Source of the DNA: Tubiluchus corallicola
Taxonomy: Eukaryota; Animalia; Priapulida
DNA: 40,671 nt
NCBI GenBank assembly: GCA_030141605.1
Contig: JAQGDQ010001444.1
Location: forward strand, 1 to 40,671
Direction: 5' to 3'
The translations under genes and the position numbers were made by a program. Position 1 is the stretch's first letter, and each line of letters opens with the position of its first letter. A model generated the notes under the pieces. The model saw nothing but the letters and a program-made list of their open reading frames with translations, ran no database searches and was not told the origin of the DNA. This document shows positions 35,201 to 40,671 of the stretch, piece by piece.

Positions 35201-38200
35201 AAATTCAAGCTGTATTTTACTTCTTCACATTCCTTATCTTTCGATTTTGTATCAAAATTTAATTAATTATGGGCTTGTTAATGATTAATACCATCATTAA
35301 TGATAATCTCGATCTAAGATAAGATTGTAATATAGGTTTTACATGTCAAATGTAGACCTGCGTTAACTCAAATGTAAATTTAGGTAATTCAAATGTGTCT
35401 TGGTAACTCAAATGTAGACGTAGGTAGCTCAAATGTGTTAACAATGGTTTTCTAGAAATTTTAAGCGTTTTTGGTAAGTCAAATGTAGACACATGTCAAG
35501 TCAAATGTGACAATGGTATCTCAAATGTGGATAGGTGGTAAAGTTTAAGGAAATAAAATTTAATCTCCTTTAATCTTAATTTAATAATTGCTGTGAAAAT
35601 AATAACTTTATAGGTCAACTAATAGTTCACTAATATTCTGTAAACTTTACATACCATTGGAACTCTTAGAGAAAACAATACATTCTTAAAATAAACAATG
35701 TTTCTTGAGAGAAACTAATTCATTAATGCAGTGCTAATGCATTACTTGAAAAACTAATTAGTGATTCACTGTTCATTGGGAAGTGGGAACCAATATATTC
35801 TTTTCTATGGACGTTGTGGTTTATCAAAGAATTTAGTTTGACGATAAACAACACATTTTTCAAACTTATGAAAGAGGTGATGACGGTCTTTGGTTCATCT
35901 TTTTGTAATTTGCACTTAGATCAGTTAATTACCGATTTATTCAAAGTAATGCATCTACATTTGACTTACCTAAGTCACATTTGAGTTACCAAAACACATT
36001 CGAAATTCCTATGTCTACATTTGACTTACCAAAGTCACATTTGAGTTACCAAAACACATTCGAAATTCCTATGTCTACATTTGACTTACCTAAGTCACAT
36101 TTGAGTTACCAAAACACATTCGATATTCCTGTGTCTACATTTGACTTACCTAAGTCACATTTGAGTTACCAAAACACATTCGAAATTCCTATGTCTACAT
36201 TTGACTTACCTAAGTCACATTTGAGTTACCAAAACACATTCGAAATTCTCATGTCTACATTTGACTTACCTTAGTCACATTTGAACTTTCCTATGTCTAC
36301 ATTTGACTTACCTAAGTCACATTTGAGTTACCAAAACACATTCGAAATTCTTATGTCTACATTTGACTTACTTAAGTCACATTTGAACTTTCCTGTGTCT
36401 ACATTTGATGTGTAAAACCTATAATTAGACATGCAGCTGCTTTTGTTTTTGGTTTTTCGCTACCCTTTCTCCCATGTTCGTTTGTATTTTTCTGTATTTT
36501 ATTTTCAAATCATTGTAAATTTATGGAGAAAAATAAAATTACTATAGGTTTTACACGTCAAATGTAGACACAGGAAAGTTCAAATGTGACTTAGGTAAGT
36601 CAAATGTAGACATAGGAATTTCGAATGTGTTTTGGTAACTCAAATGTGACTTAGGTAAGTCAAATGTAGACATAGGAATTTCGATTGTGTTTTGGTAACT
36701 CAAATGTGACTTAGGTAAGTCAAATGTAGATGCATTATTTTGAATAAATCGGTAATTAACTTATTTAAGTGCAAAAAGATAAACCAAATTAAAATTATAT
36801 TTTATGGTCATGGTGCTATCAGCAGCATCAATTTTTATATATTATATTTAATTAATTTGCAATTATTTGAATGGATGCTAATGCGTTTTTCATATGTAAA
36901 GAAATTGTTTATTTGATAAGAACACTTAAAAGCGTTGTACATAAATAAGTTAACAATTATACAATTATAAATATAAACACCATTCTACATTTTATTTGTT
37001 AACGTTTTACAAAAACATTTTTTTGAATAATTAATGAAATCTGCAAAATTAAACGTGTAATCAATGCTCAAGACCAGCATTTTAAATATATAGTACCGCT
37101 GACTCATAAATAATAATTAAACAACAAACATGAACAAAAGTTTGATATGAACAAGATTTACATCAGAATATCATCGTAGGTTAAGCAGCGTGGTACATAC
37201 TGCTGCATATGCCGAAAATAATTGGCTGCATCTGCGGGCGTTATGATATTAACAGACTGTTCTGCTAACTGAGCTAATGTTGCCATTCTCTGACCATGAT
37301 TCTGCACTAGAAGATTTTCTCTAATATCTGCAAGAAGACGCTTCATTTCGGCCTTCCACTGACTGAATATGTTCTCGACAATATTTAAAAAGGGAGAATA
37401 AGGAGGAAGCCTCTTAATTTGAATTGGTAGGCGCAAATCTGGCGGCAAGGCTGCTCTCCTGTGAGCAGGTGCATTGTCAAAAACGAAAATTTTTTCCCGA
37501 CCATCGTCATGCAGGTTATCTGTTGCGTCTTGAAGAAATGCATTAAAACGTTCTCTGTTCATTCCACCTTCTGTTAAGGAATGATATATCAGGCCGTTTG
37601 TATTGCTAACTGCAAAAGTCATGGTAAGATTGCCTCCGCGACGACCAGCCACAACTCGCACGGCTCTTTGACCCTGTATTGCCCTTCCTCTCGTCCTCTT
37701 CATCCACAGGTTTATGCCCGCTTCGTCAATGAATATAATTTCACATTGCAAACCTCTCTCCATCAACCAGTGTGCATAAAGAAAGCGTTCGTGCTTCACT
37801 CTTTCACTATTTCTATCCGCTACAGCGTCTTCTAACTTTTTCATTACAATCAGACGCCCTTTTAACACATTAGCTAACGTTGAACGGGATATGCGTTTTT
37901 CTCAGGCATGTCTCGGCGCATAGACGCAATGATTTGCTCTAGCGTAAATTCTGGATGAGTCTCTATAAGATTAACAGCATAGTCTCCCATTTCTTCATCG
38001 ACGAGCTTTCTTCTGAAGCCGCCACGTGGTTTGACAATTCTACCCTCCAGTGCTCTCTTAATAATAGCCCACGCAGTTGATTTTTTATACCAAGTTGCCG
38101 TGCAAGATGTAAGTAATCATCACCTCTTTCATAACTTTGAAAAATGCGCTGTTTATCCTCAAACGAAATTCTTTGATAAACCATAATGTCGGCAGAAAAG

Positions 38201-39648
38201 AGTAAATCGGTTCCCACTTCCCAATGAACAGTGAATCACTCACAAATTAGTTTTTTAAGTAATGCATTATATGCAGTATAGCACTGTATTAATGAATTGG
38301 TTTCTCTCAAGAAACATTGTTTATTTTAAGAATGCATTGTTTTCTCTAACAGTTACAATGGCATGTAAAGTTTGCAAAATATTAGTGAACATATAACGTT
38401 GTTATTTTAACTTAAGAGCAATTATTAAATAGAAATTAAAGAAGATTAAATTTAACATCCTTAAACTTTAAAACCTATCTACATTTGAGATACCAATGTC
38501 ACATTTGACTTGACATGTGTCTACATTTGACTTACCAAAAGCACTCAAGATTTGTTTAAAACCATTGTTAACACATTTGAACTACCTAAGTCTACATTTG
38601 AGTTACCAAGACACATTTGAGTTACCTAAGTCTACATTTGACTTAACGTACGTCTACATTTGACTTGTAAAACCTATATTACTATTACTGTTACTGTTAC
38701 TGTTACTGTTACTGTTACTGTTACTGTTACTGTTACTGTTACTGTTACTGTTACTGTTACTGTTACTGTTACTGTTACTTTTACTGTTACTGTTACTGTT
38801 ACTGTTACTGTTACTGTTACTGTTACTGTTACTGTTACTGTTACTGTTACTGTTACTGTTACTGTTACTGTTACTATTACTATTACTATTACTATTACTA
38901 TTACTATTACTATTACTATTACTATTACTATTACTATTACTATTACTATTACTATTACTATTACTATTACTATTACTATTACTATTACTATTACTATTAC
39001 TATTACTATTACTATTACTATTACTATTACTATTACTAATACTAATACTAATACTATTACTATTACTATTACTATTACTATTACTATTGCTATTGCTATT
39101 GCTATTACTATTACTATTACTATTACTATTACTATTACTATTATGTTGCTATGCTATATTGTTATTGCTATTGCTATTGCTATTGTTATTGTTATTGTTA
39201 TTGCTATTGTTATTGTTATTGTTATTGCTATTGCTATTACTATTGCTATTGCTATTGCTATTACTATTGCTATTGCTATTACTATTGCTATTACTATTGT
39301 TACTGCTATTGCTATTACTATTGTTATTGTTATTGCTATTGCTATTGCTATTACTATTGCTATTGCTATTGCTATTACTATTGCTATTGCTATTGCTATT
39401 GCTATTACTATTGCTATTGCTATTGCTATTGCTATTGCTATTGCTATTGCTATTGCTATTGCTATTGCTATTGCTATTGCTATTGCTATTGCTATTGCTA
39501 TTGCTATTGCTATTGCTATTGCTTTTACTATCACTATCACTATCACTAATACTAATACTAATACTAATACTAATACTAATCTTATTAGTATTACTATTAT
39601 TGTTACTATTACTATTACTATTACTATTACTATTACTATTACTATTAC

Positions 39649-39718
<70 letters not shown>

Positions 39719-40668
39719 GTATTGTTATTGTTATTATTATTGTTATTGTTATTGTTATTGTTATTGTTATTGTTATTGTTATTGTTATTGTTATTGTTAT
39801 TGTTATTGTTATTGTTATTGTTATTGTTATTACTATTACTATTACTATTACTATTACTATTACTATTACTATTACTATTACTATTACTATTACGATTACG
39901 ATTACTATTACTATTACTATTACTATTACTATTACTATTACGATTACTATTACTATTACTATTACTATTACTATTACTATTACTATTACTATTACTATTA
40001 CTATTACTATTACTATTACTATTACTATTACTATTACTATTACTATTACTATTACTATTACTATTACTATTACTATTACTATTACTATTACTATTAATAT
40101 TACTATTACTATTACTATTACTATTACTATTACTATTACTATTACTATTACTATTACTATTACTATTACTATTACTATTACTATTACTATTACTATTACT
40201 ATTACTATTACTATTACTATTACTATTACTATTACTATTACTATTACTATTACTATTACTATTACTATTACTATTACTATTACTATTACTATTACTATTA
40301 CTATTACTATTACTATTACTATTTCTATTTCTATTGCTATTGCTATTGCTATTGCTATTGCTATTGCTATTGCTATTGCTATTGCTATTAACATTAATAT
40401 TACTATTACTATTACTATTACTTATTTCTACTCTTACCACTTCGCAGAAAGCAGTACCAAATCTCAATGCAACAAACATGACGTAACCATTAGAAAATAC
40501 TTGAACTGTAGCCACAATCAGGTAGCAAAGATTGGTCAGCATCAGTAACGTTTTTCTACCCAAGAAGTCTGAAATGGGTGGAAATACCAATGCACCGCAA
40601 AGCTTGCCTAAGAAGAACAAAGTTGAGGAGAATTCAACACGGTCCGCTCGGTCGCAAACCAAGTCCCA
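23123..40668 (-). CDS. SLC22 / organic cation transporter-like MFS gene, 3' eight coding exons (423 aa in window; 5' exon(s) outside window)
   Basis: Exons 40438-40668, 32952-33148, 31442-31678, 29651-29785, 27417-27502, 26291-26411, 24116-24188, 23123-23314 are all GT-AG bounded and phase-compatible, totalling 1272 nt; motifs WDLVC, SDFLGRK, LPESVHWL, VELPA, FGR, ELVPTVVR, SRVGGMIAP, PETKG. Confidence 0.93.
23421..23971 (+). mobile_element. 5S rRNA-derived SINE, near full length
   Basis: 5S-like head 23421-23538, ~420-bp GC-rich body shared with other copies, AAC-rich tail. Confidence 0.9.
24116..24188 (-). CDS. SLC22-like exon
   Basis: (R)NGGLGLCSSTSRVGGMIAPLTITW; TTTCAG acceptor, GTACG donor. 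Confidence 0.88.
24573..24931 (-). mobile_element. solo LTR, copy 2
   Basis: TGTTGTG...CACAACA with perfect 5-bp TSD CTCAC. Confidence 0.9.
25396..25710. repeat. 45-bp minisatellite, 7 copies
   Basis: Unit CTGAATCGTTCCTTCCGTCTGTTGCTTTCACCCACGTGACACATT at 45-bp steps. Confidence 0.95.
26291..26411 (-). CDS. SLC22-like exon
   Basis: SGADIRWVETTLVMIGKAATSAAFASVYLYTVELVPTVV(R); TTATTAG acceptor, GTATG donor. Confidence 0.92.
26683..26765. repeat. 30-bp inverted repeat around a (TA)n loop
   Basis: TGAGTAGACCCAGGAAGGCAGCCAGAAATT and its reverse complement with one mismatch. Confidence 0.9.
26814..27065 (-). mobile_element. tRNA-derived SINE-like head with compound microsatellite tail
   Basis: Minus strand CTCGGTTCCCAATCCGGGGATAGTGGGTTCGAATTCC (anticodon-arm-like plus B box), followed by (CATA)n(CGCA)n(TA)n. 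Confidence 0.6.
27417..27502 (-). CDS. SLC22-like exon
   Basis: (R)FGRIKSICAFHFIAGLALFSNLLIPDKT; ATTCAG acceptor, GTGAA donor. Confidence 0.88.
27832..28308 (+). mobile_element. non-LTR retrotransposon 3' end, 5'-truncated paralog of 6295-7465
   Basis: LCVCGLGSQTPEHLIFHCP; AATAAA then (TAA)n tail. Confidence 0.82.
29090..29632 (+). mobile_element. CR1/L2-group LINE 3' end (separate family)
   Basis: PNCNCGFRFESVEHFLLDCSLY..LLFG..NCKIFQCIHDFILRTKRFQ*, a typical C-terminus; AATAAA near 29626. Confidence 0.8.
29651..29785 (-). CDS. SLC22-like exon
   Basis: (W)MTDSMVYYAVSLGVGELSGNLYLNAFLVGAVELPAYLAAKVCTE(R). Confidence 0.92.
30064..30547 (+). mobile_element. 5S rRNA-derived SINE with internal 3' deletion
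   Basis: Full 5S-like head and shared body; imperfect flanking repeat AACCG(T/C)TTTTT..ACTA at 30051 and 30548. Confidence 0.88.
30836..31461. repeat. 35-bp minisatellite, 18 copies, spanning an exon/intron junction
   Basis: Unit CATGGGCTTACCAAATAAACAGCATAAGTGTCACA; the last copy overlaps the true donor at 31441. Confidence 0.97.
31442..31678 (-). CDS. SLC22-like exon (large intracellular loop)
   Basis: (W)ILPESVHWLAAKNRTDKAEEVLQKASKMN..FTLLDIYKTPKLRVFLTLMLFI(W). Confidence 0.93.
31739..32192. mobile_element. piggyBac-like MITE, copy 2
   Basis: TTAA|CCCTTTCA...TGAAAAGG|TTAA. Confidence 0.85.
32952..33148 (-). CDS. SLC22-like exon
   Basis: GGYLSMFCLLCESVPPDSRAWVG..DDWRKIQIIITVPLLLTFSYY(W). 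Confidence 0.93.
33281..33782 (+). mobile_element. 5S rRNA-derived SINE, 5'-truncated, with 12-bp TSD
   Basis: ACTCAAGAATTT at 33269-33280 and 33783-33794; (AAC)n tail; begins midway through the 5S head. Confidence 0.92.
33961..34030 (-). mobile_element. degenerate tRNA-derived SINE head (related head on + strand at about 35151-35215)
   Basis: GGTAGCCTACTGGT (A box-like) and GGTTCAAATCC (B box); no intact cloverleaf. Confidence 0.5.
34577..34941 (-). mobile_element. solo LTR, copy 3
   Basis: TGTTGTG...CACAACA with perfect 5-bp TSD ATTTC; minus-strand TATATAAG and AATAAA. Confidence 0.9.
35333..36421 (+). mobile_element. internally deleted Tc1/IS630-type element with expanded 60-bp subterminal repeats
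   Basis: TA|TAGGTTTTACA.GTCAAATGTAGAC ... GTCTACATTTGA..TGTAAAACCTA|TA; both ends homologous to the ends of 36545-38676; no transposase. Confidence 0.88.
36545..38676 (-). mobile_element. full-length Tc1/mariner-IS630 (Gambol-like) DNA transposon
   Basis: Same TIRs with TA flanks; reiterated ACATTTGA motifs at both ends; internal transposase. Confidence 0.92.
37158..38184 (-). pseudogene. Tc1/IS630-type DDE transposase with two 1-nt frameshifts
   Basis: MVYQRISFEDKQRI..LARQLGIK / STAWAII..RGG..HPEFTLEQI / RISRSTL..IFIDEAG..FDNAPAH..LPPYSPFLNIVE; shifts at T6 38081-38086 and T5 37896-37900. Confidence 0.88.
38677..40425. repeat. 1.75-kb compound hexa/trinucleotide microsatellite
   Basis: Blocks of TACTGT, TACTAT, TGCTAT, TACTAA, TAT, TGTTAT. 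Confidence 0.97.
40438..40668 (-). CDS. SLC22-like exon (TM2-TM4)
   Basis: CAG|WDLVCDRADRVEFSSTLFFLGKLCGALVFPPISDFLGRK..LRFGTAFCEV|GTAAG. Confidence 0.93.
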
Positions 40669-40671
40669 CTG

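Noticed and set aside
35981-36274. 20-aa repeat ORF
   Set aside because: Translation of 60-bp transposon subterminal repeats
38660-40437. Long ORFs of 132-608 aa (poly-L, IT, SN, CY)
   Set aside because: Stop-free frames of a microsatellite; only 40438-40668 is a real exon

Overview
AT-rich, repeat-dense eukaryotic DNA, most likely an invertebrate animal (spliceosomal GT-AG introns, SINEs, LINE remnants, TIR transposons). Right half: eight phase-compatible exons of a minus-strand SLC22/organic cation transporter-like gene (23123-40668, 5' end outside the window), whose introns hold SINEs, solo LTRs, a Tc1/IS630-type transposon pair and large tandem repeats. One of these repeats is an 18-copy array of the gene's own 5' splice site. 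Left half: the most unusual feature is a probable endogenous negative-strand RNA virus element (about 8780-11300). It has an uninterrupted 419-aa nucleoprotein-like ORF, a mononegavirus-style gene junction, a second long ORF with a PPxY motif, and a canonical 81-nt spliceosomal intron just upstream on the same strand, hinting at host transcription. All family assignments come from motif recognition by eye; no searches were run.
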